A stretch of 64,000 nucleotides of DNA from the human T2T-CHM13v2.0 reference genome, Homo sapiens. Position 1 is the first letter of the stretch. The number at the start of each line of letters is the position of its first letter. Shown here in pieces: positions 23,846 to 35,539 of this stretch. The notes under the pieces were generated by a model. It was not told the DNA's origin, did not search any database, and was given only the letters and a program-made list of their open reading frames with translations. The stretch is taken from NCBI RefSeq assembly GCF_009914755.1, contig NC_060935.1. One strand, written 5' to 3'. Made by a program: the position numbers and the translations under genes.

Positions 23846-24470
23846 TGTGCCTTTGCTGTCCTGGAGACTCAAGTGTCTTAAAATCTCGTCTCCCCAACAG
23901 ATGCTGGAAGGTAATGTGTCTTGTTTGAAGTCATCATGTGAGAAGTTCGGCTTTGCTCAGTGGATCGCCCACCACTTGGTGTGACTTATGAATCTAATAA
24001 CCCTTTGCAATATCCGCAAGCTTAAACTCTCAACCACCTTGGCGACTACAGAAGACAAAGCAACTGGCATCGATGTCGAAAAACCTATAGATTTACGCAA
24101 ACGCCCTCACTCCGAGAGACACGTTTCCTTTTGAGTTCTTACGTGATTCTAATGAATGAGCGAGGTTACCAATGATTGCCCAACTGCCCTGCTATGTAGC
24201 AGGTGTTTCCTAGGGCTGCCTTCTAACCGCCCGTTACTGGGTCCTGGCACTGAAAGTTCCCAGAGAAAGTGAGGAGTTTCAGGGTACCCCTGTAAAAAAA
24301 AAACTCAGCCTGCACACCGCTCCCTTGCCCACTACGCAGGTCACACCTGGGGCTCCGGCGAAGCTGAATTCGGCTCGGGAGATTTCCCTGTCGCCAGGTA
24401 AGAAAACCTTCGCCTTGTCAGGCTAGGGCGGGAAGACCGCTGGGGAACTTGTTGCTTATCAGCGCCGGCA
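23843..24470 (-). other. BDNF: BDNF exon I (TSS approximate)
   Basis: Ends ...GGACAGCAAAGGCACAATG|GTGAGT (GT at 23842-23841); AT-rich TATA-like TATTATTATTAAAG at ~24479-24492. Confidence 0.93.
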
Positions 24471-25450
24471 GACTACCGCTTTAATAATAATACCAGAAAA
24501 GCGCAGCAGGGAGGGGGTGGGGGGCGGCAACGGCGACGACTAACCTCGCTGTTTACGTGACCGACTCACTGTGACTCTCTGGGTAAAAAAAGGAAACTTC
24601 TTAGAAAAGTTCGTGCCCCTCCCCCTCCCCCATCATGACTAAGGGTCTCCAGCCGATGAGGTCGTGAGTGATGATCAAATGGGGACTGGGGGGAGGGGGG
24701 CGAGTAAGTGACTTGTCCTTGGGAACATCTGCATGCGTCGAAGCGCGAACCAGCCCAACAACTTTCCCTTTTCCTCTTAGGTACTGATGACTAGGCGAGA
24801 GGCACCAAGGCGAGCCACTAGTTGCCCACAGGAACCTGTGTAAGCCGAGCTCTCGAGCGGCTGAGTTGAATGAAGTTATGACTGCGTTTGCTCTAATGGG
24901 TTATGGCTTCCCAAATGTGAGTTAACAGCCCCGGTGCGCAGCTAGGTCGGAAGGCGAGCCGCGGAGAGCGGAGCCGCGGGCCAAGGCAGGGACGGGAGGG
25001 GAGGCGGCAGGTTGGGCGCTCCGCTGCTGCTCGGTGCTGCTTCCCCGGAGCCGCTTCCTCATCCTGCGGGGGCTGCCCCGCCGCCGGGGTGCCGGGGTGA
25101 GCGCGGCGGGAGCCAGGGCTGGGGTGGCGAACCTCGGAGGGGGCTCTCCCAGGAAGCCCTGCGGTTAGCGCCCGCGCTTCCCCACCAGTGGCTGCGCAAG
25201 CTGGGAAGCGAAGAGGTCACGTGTTGGCGGAAAGTAACTTGGAGGCGAAAGGATGAACTTTGAGAAGAGGAAAAAAAGCACAATGAAACAAACTACCCCC
25301 TTGGAGTGTCTAATAGAGGGGGAGGCGGGAGGGGGGGCGGAGGGGCGCCGCTCTCCGCGGGAGATGTGGGGACGACTCCGGAAATCTCGGGAAATAGGCA
25401 ATAACTCGAGCTTTGGCAACGTCCCCCAGCCTAGGGAGGCGCTAACGCAA
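24300..25450. promoter_or_regulatory. CpG island spanning promoter I and upstream
   Basis: High GC and CpG density, especially 24930-25400. Confidence 0.85.
24479..24670 (-). promoter_or_regulatory. BDNF promoter I: CRE-like TCACGTAA (24553-24560), AP-1-like TGACTCT (24572) and TGACTAA (24636), PAS elements TCGTG (24611, 24662)
   Basis: Motifs read directly; their arrangement agrees with established promoter I elements. Confidence 0.8.
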
Positions 25451-28400
25451 GGTATCTTTCCACTGAAGCTGCCCTTTGCCTACCCTCAGCCATCGCTAGC
25501 ACAGCAGAGCAGAAGAACCAGGGATGAATGTAGACCAGTTGTTATGGAGATGTCCGTCGCTCTGAGGAGCGCTAGTGCCCTGGGAAGTCCCCAGACGCAT
25601 TTCAGGTTTCGTCGTTTTGGCACTGACACCATGATTTTACTCGCTCTGAGTTCCCACCAAGGGGAGCCCACCAACGGCGTCACAGGCCCTGGCCGTGGCG
25701 CTATTGACTGCAGGGATGAGGCACAGCGATGCTGCAGAAGATGGTGGATAGCTCTTAAGTTTCAGACCACCCAGCCCTTTCCAATTTCCAGTTTCTTTAT
25801 TCCAGTCAAAAGTGCTTTGTTTGAATATCATTCTTGCTTGCTTATGTAGAAAAATCTTACTTACACGATAGGATGATTAGAAGCAACAGAACATAAGCAT
25901 TCAGTGGCTGCTTCAAGGTCCTCCCTCTCCCATCCCAGAAATGCCTTCCTTATGGAAAATAAGTTTTACTTCCCAATTATGTGCATGGACCTCTGTTCAT
26001 TGCAGCCCCCATTGGTACTGGGTTATTATTATTAGCAGTAAGTCTAGTGTTGAGTTCATGCTTCTCTAGAAATGTTTCCAAAGTCAAACAGGCTTATCTT
26101 AGGCTCCAGATAAAATATCTGTATACAAAAGCTTCCTGGTTCTCATTAGGAGTAGTTCTAGATTTGCCAGGCTCCTGGAGACCTGAGATGGGTCCTTATG
26201 AAAGGATTTCAGAAACCCTCACAGTCATCAACACAACAGTTCTCGCCAAATGAAAGGACTGCTCAAATTGCCCACAAACTGCCACTTTTTGTCCATCCAT
26301 GAATTAGCCAGCAGATGCTGCCCTAAGACTGGGACAGCTGGTACATACCATTCTCAGAGGTCTTGGGGTACAGGCTTTGTGGACAAAACTGGTTTTTTGA
26401 GAATGGAATCCATAATGCTGTTAATAACTTTCCTTGCCTACTGACAAATTCAATGACTAGCACAGATCTGCAATCTTGAAAAGACATAAGGAGATGACCA
26501 CTGTATATGAACATATTATTCCCCATTGCCATCAATGTGATATATTTTTCTGACTCTTTTGTCAACAGTTTGTGGTCTGTATAGAAACTATCAGCTACTC
26601 CTCTGCTGGATCTTTATTCTGAAAATTATATCTTACAGTGGGATACCCTGAATTGTTGGTGTAGGTGCCTGAGGATTCAGAACATGAATGACTGATTAGT
26701 TTGAAATCATTTAGACACATGATTGTACTGAAGATATTTCCCAAGAAATATGTTTAACCAGTGCTCTTATTTCTTGGAACCATTACTAAAACCTCCAACT
26801 CAGGGACCAAAATGATGGACAAGAGTTGCTAAATAATAAGGGTTGATATAGGGAGCTAGGGAGAGTGGTGAAGATATGGTGTTTGCCATATATCTATATA
26901 TACCTATTCCCACTTTGGATTTCTCAGTGATCTGATAGACAATTCTCTTCTCTTGGTGCACTATCAACTCTCCAACCTTTTATCTCCATCCACTCACTTA
27001 CATAATTTTTTTCCATCTGCAGAAATCCAGTGTCTAATGTAAGTAAAGATTGCCATAATTTCATTTGTTAAGATAGATGCCAAGCACTGTATGTGTCACA
27101 ATTTTCATCTCAGTAGCACTTATTCCTGGGGTTATCTTATTTTTTCATACAACCCCAATCAGCTGTGATATGAATATCACACTTCTCTGGCTCATTTGAC
27201 CCCATTTATATTTAGTAATGGCAAGAACATTTCAGACTGAATAGTGAACAAATCTTATTCCTTAAGGATCACTACCTAACAACATGACCAAACTTAAAGC
27301 AAAATGTATTAATACAACCTAGAAGGAAGGATTTTTGCTTTCAAAATATGGGTATTGCACTCCTTATAGATGAGCTGTTTAATATTCACAGTTTTCTACC
27401 TATGCCACAGTTATAAAGCTTGTTCTTTGCCTACATCTTTATGAAGATAGGTTCAAAAATTAATACGAGGCTCATCAGTATTAGGAGGCACAAAAACTTC
27501 ACTCAGTAGATGTGTAGTCTTGGAATTGGTGGGAGATGGGTAACAAAGCAGGAGTCTACAAAGTCAGAAATGAAAGAGAACTCCTTTTTCTTAGAAAACT
27601 AAGAAATAATTGGAGTACCTCTTAAGACAAAGTCCACTGTCTTTATTTCTAAAAGGAAATTCAGTAAGTCACTTTTAATAGGATGGTTTGTGTATTCCTT
27701 ACTATATATCAAGGAAGACAAAGATGAGATAGTACTTCCATTCTTTTCTCCCAACTTGTCTTTCCAAATCTATTTGGTTGTAGTTAATTTCCAGGCTCTC
27801 CATCTCACCTGGAGTTGGATAGATTATTTCCATCCTTCCTTCCCACTCTTACTTCTCCTTCCTTTTCAGTACTCATTCTGTGCCAGGGACTCTGATGGGA
27901 CTGGTGATCCACATGTTAACAATTCTCTACCTAAAGTATCTCAGAAGTTAAAGAGTGCTTGGTTAATAATAGCTGAGAGGTCAACAGTGCCTTCCCCTTC
28001 ATTACCTCAGGATCACTTGTTACAATCAATGCAGAAGAGTAGTCACAGAGAAGCTCCTGATGGTGATATAATTGCTATCTTGGAGCCTAAAAAACAAAAA
28101 ACAGGTAGCAAAAGCCTTCTGTTTATGATATAAGAAGAGCTTCTGACCAGGTAGGAAGAAAGATTGGCTCTCTTAGTCACTTCCTGATCTCTAATGGTTC
28201 TCCACAGGTAATAGAAGGAGAGGCAAAGAATCACGACACACAATTTGGAAAGCCTTCTGAAAGCAAGAATAGGCAATGATTGCCAAGAACCTGGTATTGA
28301 GCTCATATTTAAAAAGAACTCAAAGAATCCTCAATCTACCAAACCTAGTTATAAAGGAAACAATCAAAACTTCAAAAAGAAGTAAGCAAGAGAAAGCCTT

Positions 28401-28914
28401 GGGAAAGTCATGATTTAGTTTGCAATAACCTCTGTGCATTTCTGAGCCTGACAAGCAAGCATGAGACAGAAGATCTGGACATGACTTAACTCAATTTCAG
28501 AACACCAGACAACCCTATAATGAGGCTGAAGCAAGACCACATGGAATACTGAGGAAGAACTGAATGACTCTTTCTAAACCATCTTACAGAAAAGAGATGA
28601 ATAAGAGGAAGTATGGGTAGCAAGTAAGAGAGAAGTGACATTGTTAATATGAAAAGTTGACAGGGAGATTAAGATGGGTCAAGAGCATGTCAGGTCAGGA
28701 CTTGCAAGATGTACTTAACTAAATGTAAGTTCATATTAGGAATTGGATAAAATGAGAAATAAAAACTCCAAGGAGTCACAAAACTTAGGATCATGGAAAG
28801 GCAAGTGAAAATTAGTAAAAAGAGCCAATTTTATATCATGATAGGGCCTACCAAGGTGTGCTTGACATCTAATCTGCCTAGAACATCTGGAAGGAAACTT
28901 TCACAGATGCTAAA

Positions 28915-29066
28915 CTGTGCTTCTTATAATTTAATGTGCACATGAATCTCCTGGGCAACTCTTTAGAAAGCAGATTCTAAGTCTGGGGACAGCATCAACA
29001 GTTGGCATTTTCAACAGATTCCCAGGTGATATGAAGTTGTGCCACATTTTGCACAGCAAAATACTA
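28915..29066. mobile_element. MER5A-like DNA transposon relic
   Basis: ...TTTAATGTGCACATGAATCTCCTGGG...GCAGATTCT...CCCAGGTGAT...CCACATTTTG. Confidence 0.65.
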
Positions 29067-29465
29067 AAGCTTGCTGCCCCAGCCTATGGTTTCATTTGCA
29101 TTATGGCTTCATTAATACACTTCATTAGTAACTGAAGTGAATGCTATATAACAAAAAATAATTCAAGGAAAAGACCTGTTCCTTTAACTCTAATGTTACA
29201 CAAACCACAGACTCTAATTTGCTCCTGAACCCATTAATTCTAGAAAGTTCTTAAGCACAGTGGACATCAACCTCTTATTATCAGTAACATTGGCTATAGT
29301 TTGAACATTTATCATTTTGTACCTATTGGAGTAAAAGAAAAGAGAATCCATTTGGAATATATTGGGCACATTGCACAATGGAAAAGTCAGGGAAAATTAT
29401 TCTAGTCATGTAAAGAGGATTGGTTAGGTCATATTCTGAGTCCTGAGCTCATTCTGGGTTTCTTT

Positions 29466-29475
29466 CTATAAATAG
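29466..29475. promoter_or_regulatory. Consensus MEF2 site ~5 kb upstream of exon I
   Basis: CTATAAATAG fits CTA(A/T)4TAG; position agrees with the MEF2-bound upstream element described ~4.8 kb from rodent promoter I. Confidence 0.7.
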
Positions 29476-30119
29476 GATATTTTGGAACTAGAGAAAGCAC
29501 AGCAGAAGGCAACCAGAATGACAGAGGGATTTGGGGAATTTGCTTCTGCTGAAAGGTTAAGGAAACTAGGTCTGTTTTCTTTTGTAAGGAGAGAAAAGAT
29601 GGTACCTCACTGAGGTGATATCATTCTAAAAGTAGTGGAAGTAATAGGATGAGACAAGAGTGCCTTATGGAAACAAGAGTAGAAGGATTCTGGCAAGGAA
29701 TGAAGGCCAGAAGAATGGCTCTAGCTTTTCTAAAGGCCCTCAGTTAGCAGTGTTCCTACTGGCAGAACTCCACTACTCGCAAAAGGAGGGGTAAACACTA
29801 GATTGGGATCAGGAAATAAGTGAGAGAGAGAAAATGAGGAGGCAGAGGGGATCTTATGTCGTTTTTCATTGAGAACATTTTCAAACAGGCATTTATTAAT
29901 CCTATAGAAGCCCTGCACTCAAGGCATATGGTGAACTTTACCAACATTCCCCAAGCTCAAGGGTTCTGCTTCTGTAACACATCACATCTCTGCTTCCTCT
30001 TCATCCCAAAATGGCATTTTGTCCATCAATTCAGCAAAGAAATGTAAATAGTTATAATATGCAGGGTTTTCCCTCTAAATTACTTTTTCCTCTTCATCAA
30101 TCCTGGAAAACATTCTCTT

Positions 30120-30424
30120 TTTATTTTATTTATTTATTTTTAGAGACAGGGTCTTGCTGTGTCACCCAGGCTAAAGTTCAGTGGCTCGATCTTGGCTCAC
30201 TGCAACCTCTGCTTCCTGAGCTCCAACAATTCTCCCACCTCAACCTCCCGAGTAGCTGGGAACACAGGTGCATGCCACTACACCCGGATCATTTTTACAT
30301 TTTTTGTAGAGACAGGGTTTCGCCGTGTTGCCCAGGCTGGTCTTGAACTCTGGCACTCAAATGATCAGCCTGCCTCAGCCTCTCAAACTGCTGGGATTAC
30401 AGGCATGAGCCACTGTGCCAGGGC
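30120..30424 (-). mobile_element. Alu (J-like) with TSD ATTCTCTTTT
   Basis: Diverged dimeric Alu with flanking direct repeat. Confidence 0.9.
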
Positions 30425-31953
30425 TGATTCTCTTTTCAGTTGGTAGAAAAGCACTGTCCATGACTTCGCATATGAGACCTCAACATCTTCATTTGATCCC
30501 TGAATCTCAGAGATGAAAGGACTTGCCGACCATCCTGGGCTACCCCATAATTTTACAGCAGGGGAATATAAAGCTCATAGAGTTGATAATCATACAGATT
30601 TTACGTGTATGGTACTGGAGCATATATGCTTTCGGGAAACTGAAAATTCACCAGTGAGCTATGTGGAAAATGTCAATTATTCCATGAGTTAGCTCACTAC
30701 TCTGGTCCTCTGTCAAAATTGATATTCAGCTCTGTGTCTTTTTACTTGGACAGCCTTTGAGGGGAGTTGCTCTATGTCCACTGCTTTAGGTAGTTGACCC
30801 AAACTTCCCCAAAATGTAGGAAAGTTGGTTAACTAACTTTAGGTGGGTTAAGCAACTTTTCCATAGTCACACTGCTTGTAAGTAGTAGAGGAGGAATTAA
30901 AATTCAGGATTTTCAGATCTAAAGTTCATGCTTTTAAGCACTGGACCATATTTACCCCTCTTGCTTTCTTCCTTTCTGAATACATACATTTTTGCTTTTG
31001 TTGCAGTTTGCTTGTGTTACAGTATTGGGACAAGCCAGTCTCACTTAACTATACTGCTTCCCTCTCTCCCAATACTTTGACTGCTATGTAATAGAAACTT
31101 AATATAATTTTCCTATATGAATTAGAATCAAACTGCTTCTGTTTATCTCTGGGAAGACTTGTTTTCTAACTTTATCCAGCACAGCAGCATAGATTGCAAT
31201 GCAAGGAGAGACTGAAGAACAATGGTGATCACCAATTGCCGTATGTTCTGGGGAGGCTTAAACCACTTCTGGAGCCTCCTTTTCCCCCACCTCCATCCTA
31301 GAAGGTAGCAGATGCATCCTTGAAGAGGCCTCGACAGAACCTAGGCCAATTCGCTTCTAAGATGCAGGTTATTCTTGAAATCTACAAGCAGCAAATCGAA
31401 GATGGGGTATACACTGCAAATTAGGGGGCACTAATGCGATGACTCAAAGTCCCAGAATGGGCCTGAGTATGCAGATCACTGTGGAGATGTTCCCAAAGTC
31501 TTGACAGATCTATGTTAAGGCAGAAACAAGGACATCATATTCTCCAATATTACTGTGATTCAGAATCTAAATAGTGACCTGAATGCCAGAAATGTCAGCC
31601 AAGAAATGGGAAAAGGAATGGGCAGTCCAGAGATCTGGGCCTGTTGAGAAGCCTATGAACCCAGTGACTTGGAATAAAGACAATTGGGAGAAGCCTGAAA
31701 TTTCAAGAGAAAAAGAGGAATCTCTGGCCCTAATGCTGGGCCTTTCTTGGTGTTCCCTGTCTCTGTACTCTATTTCCTACCTCCTGTAAGACAGGACATC
31801 TCTTGGAATCATCTGATGTGTTGGAAGGGGGCTGGGAGGGAAAGAGCATTGATGCTGACTGTGTTACAAGCTGGATCGTCTGACGCTGGCAAACCATTTT
31901 CTTTCTCTGGGCCTCAGTTTTTCCACTTATATAGTGGCCTTAGATTTGACATT

Positions 31954-32640
31954 TGTTGTGGGTTGAATTGTGTCCTCTCTGAATTAATATATTGAAGTCT
32001 CAACCTCCAGTACCTCAGAAAGTAACCGTATTGGGAGCTGGGTCTTTAAAGAGGTGATTAACTTAAAATGAGGCATTAGGGTGGGGCTCCAATCCAATAT
32101 ACCTAATTTTTTTATAAGAAGAGAGAAACTGGCCAGGCACAGTGGCTCACGCCTGTAATCCCAGCACTTTGGGATGCCGAGGCGGGCGGATCACCTGAGG
32201 TCGGGAGTTCGAGACCAGCCTGACCAACATGGAGAAACTCCATCTCTACTAAAAATACAAAATTAGCTGGGCATGGTGGCACATGCCTGTAATCCCAGCT
32301 ACTTGGGAGGCTGAGGCAGGAGAATTGCTTGAGGTTGCGGTGAGCCGAGATTGTGCCATTGTACTCCAGCCTGGGCAACGAGAGTAAAACTCTGTCTCAA
32401 AAAAAAAAAAGTAGAAGAAGAGAGAGACACCAGGGATGCACACGCACAGAGGAAAGACCATGTGAGGACACAGCAAGAGGACATCCATCTGCAAGCCAAG
32501 AAGAGAGGCCTCAGAAAAAATCAACCTGGTTGGCACCTTGATCTTGGACTTCCAGTCTCCAGAACTGTGAGAAAGTGAGTTTCTGTTATTGACATCAAGT
32601 GTGTGGCTTTTTGTTTTGGCAGCTACAGCAAACAAATACA
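31954..32640 (+). mobile_element. MaLR solo LTR (MLT1A/B/C-like) split by an Alu
   Basis: TGTTGTGGGTTGAATTGTGTCC start; GCCAAGAAGAGAGGCCTCAG...CACCTTGATCTTGGACTTCCAGTCTCCAGAACTGTGAGA...AATACA end. Confidence 0.85.
32131..32410 (+). mobile_element. AluSp/Sq-like element inserted in the LTR, with a short internal deletion
   Basis: GGCCAGGCACAGTGG...poly-A; AGAAGAGAGA on both sides; lacks the GAACCCGGGAGGCG segment. Confidence 0.93.
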
Positions 32641-32699
32641 GATTTCAAATGGCCCAATTATCTGCCTTCCAATTTCTGTGAAACTTCCTTCAACAAGTT

Positions 32700-33225
32700 T
32701 AGTATTGGGAGGGATTGCAGTTGACTGCAAATTCTTTGATAGTTCTTTCATCAAGAAATGGGGTTGTATCTGCTCCTCCCCTGCTTTCGGGTGGGCTCAG
32801 TGACTGCTTTGACCAATAGAATAAGGCAAAAGTTACACTTCTAGTTTCCTGGTTCCAAGCCTTAGGAGACTCTTCACTTACTCTTCCTGTGTCATGGAAT
32901 GCCTGCTCTTGGAGCCCTGGACCACCATGTAAAAAGTCCAACTACCCTGCTGGAGATGCAATGTGAAGCAGTGATGAGATTACATGGAGAGAGTGAAAGG
33001 CCCAACTGAGCCCAGCCTTCCACTTTGCCCTGCTGAGATGCTGGGCATGTGAGTACAACTCACTTGGACACTCCAGACCAGACCAGCCACCAGCTGAAGG
33101 TCACTAAGTGACTCCAGTCAGTGCCATGTGAAATGAAAGAATTGCCTAGCCAAGACCTGCCAGAATTCTTATTCATCAGCTATAATATGGTTGTTGAGTA
33201 AGCCACTAAGTTTTGTTACAGTGCT
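32700..33225 (+). mobile_element. Older MaLR LTR (MLT1F/G/H-like)
   Basis: GTGACTGCTTTGACCAATAGAAT...AAGTCCAACTACCCTG...AAGCCACTAAGTTTTG. Confidence 0.7.
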
Positions 33226-33879
33226 TGTTAACGTGTTACAATGATGTAATAAAAGTTTCTGAACTGATTTACTAGACATTTGTGACCACATTAATTCTGT
33301 ACAGGCTCATTCTTACCAGGTCTTGTTTTGTGCTCACGGAGAAAGTAAGGTGCCATTATGAAGGGATTGGGGTTTGGACTGAGATTTGGATTCAGGTAAG
33401 CTCTGCCATTAACAAGTCACTTGGTTTCTTCAGACAAATAATTTGACATCTCTGAGTCTCACTTTCCTTATCTGTAAAATAGGGATAATCACACCTGCTG
33501 TGTGGAGTTTTGTGAGGACTTAATGTGTTAATTAGATATTTTATTGCTAGGCAGATAGCATCCTATAAATGGTAACCACTCTCACTGCAATAGTGATGCC
33601 ACTGCTGCTGCTGATAATCATGATGAAACCAGGTCATCTTGCCTACGACTGCCAGTGGAGTTGGATGAAATGCCCCTTCCAAACAAGCAGCCCTCCTCGG
33701 TCTGCCAGAAGGCTAAAATCTCACCATTGGCTTTTTCAAGTTATGGCATTTCAGTTTAAGGACTCGATATCCTTTAAATTTCCAGTTACACCTGGCAAGG
33801 TTAACACAGGCAAAAACATTACAAACTGGAAACAGAACAGCAAAGTGAAAAAAAGCATGTGATTTAAAAAATTTTAGAA

Positions 33880-34330
33880 CTAGTTTTGGTTACAAGTCCT
33901 TCCAGATCTAAACTAACAGTGGATTAAATGTGTTAGAAATTTGACTTCCATGTAAATTACAAGTAGGTCTGGAGCCATATGATGTTCTATAGTGTCAGAG
34001 ACCCAAGCTCTTTCTGTCTTCTGTCTATCTTCTGCTGTATGTAGTTTTATTCTGCATGTCGTCTCATGGTATAACATGACTGCTGCTTCTTCACTATCAG
34101 GAAAGAAGACTGGTTGGGAAGGATGCACCCTATTACTTTAAGGACACTTCTCAGAAGTTGGACAAATTGCTCTTGCTTATACATTGTTGCCCAAAACTTA
34201 GTCATAAGGCCAAATCTAGCTCCTACATAGGGTGGGAAATGTGAACTTGACATGCATGTGCCTAGTACGTTAATTCTATTATCAAGGAAGAAGAGATGCT
34301 TACTGGGGAAAAGAAGTAATCTTTGTGACA
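33880..34330 (-). mobile_element. Old MaLR LTR (MLT1J/K-like)
   Basis: ...CATTGTTGCCCAAAACTTAGTCATAAGGCC...CTAGCT... resembles an MLT1 reverse complement. Confidence 0.55.
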
Positions 34331-34375
34331 GTTAACAATTTCTTGAGCACTATTTCAAGTCAGGAGTGGTGGTAG

Positions 34376-34770
<395 letters not shown>

Positions 34771-35211
34771 TGTGAGCTTATTATTATCATCCCTATATAA
34801 GAGAGAAAGAAAGTGAAACTGAGAAATGATTTTCATAAAGTCACACAGGTAGTTAGTGCCTGGGCTAGGATTGGATCCAGGTCTATGTGATCCAAAATGC
34901 ATACTCGTTTCTCTAAAACGACCCTAGTTTCAGTCCTGGCTTGACGACTTTACTGACTATGTGACATTGAGCCAGTCATCTGCCCAAGCAAAGGCAGCTT
35001 TACCGTGAAGCTAATGAAACATCTCACTTGCACAGACTCCTGAAGAGATAGGAGTGTCCAGGAGCTGCAGAGTATTGAGGGTGGGGTGGAGGGTTAGAAG
35101 CCAGGGAGCATTCAGGAAGTATTTCTATGTAAGCCTTTCTTGCAGATTGACAAAGAGACTGAAGAAGAAAGAGACGTAACCTCTAAGTCTACAACAATTT
35201 TTTGTGATTTC

Positions 35212-35539
35212 TTTTCTTGTCTTTTTTTTTTTTCTTTTTGAGACTTGGTCTAGCTCTGTCACCCAGGTTAGAGTGCAGTGGCAAGATCATGGCTCACTGC
35301 AGCTTCAACCTCCCAAGGCTCAAGTGATCCTCCCACCTCAGCCTCCCAAGTATCTGGGTCTATTGGAACACACCACAACACCTGGCTAATTGTGTTTTTT
35401 TGTTTTTTTTTTTATTTTTTGTAGAGATGGGGGTCTCACCATGTTGCCCAGGCTAATCTCGAACTCCTAGGCTCAAGTGATCCTCCCGACTAGGCTCCAA
35501 AATTGTTAGGATTACAGGTGTGAGCCACCACGTTTGGCC
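35212..35539 (-). mobile_element. AluJ
   Basis: Diverged dimeric Alu (GGCTCAAGTGATCCTCCC). Confidence 0.9.

Noticed and set aside
25253-25849. Longest ORF in the window (198 aa, plus strand, ATG start), divergent from promoter I
   Set aside because: No recognisable domain, starts in CpG-island sequence and has random-looking composition. It would need PhyloCSF or Ribo-seq support to revive.
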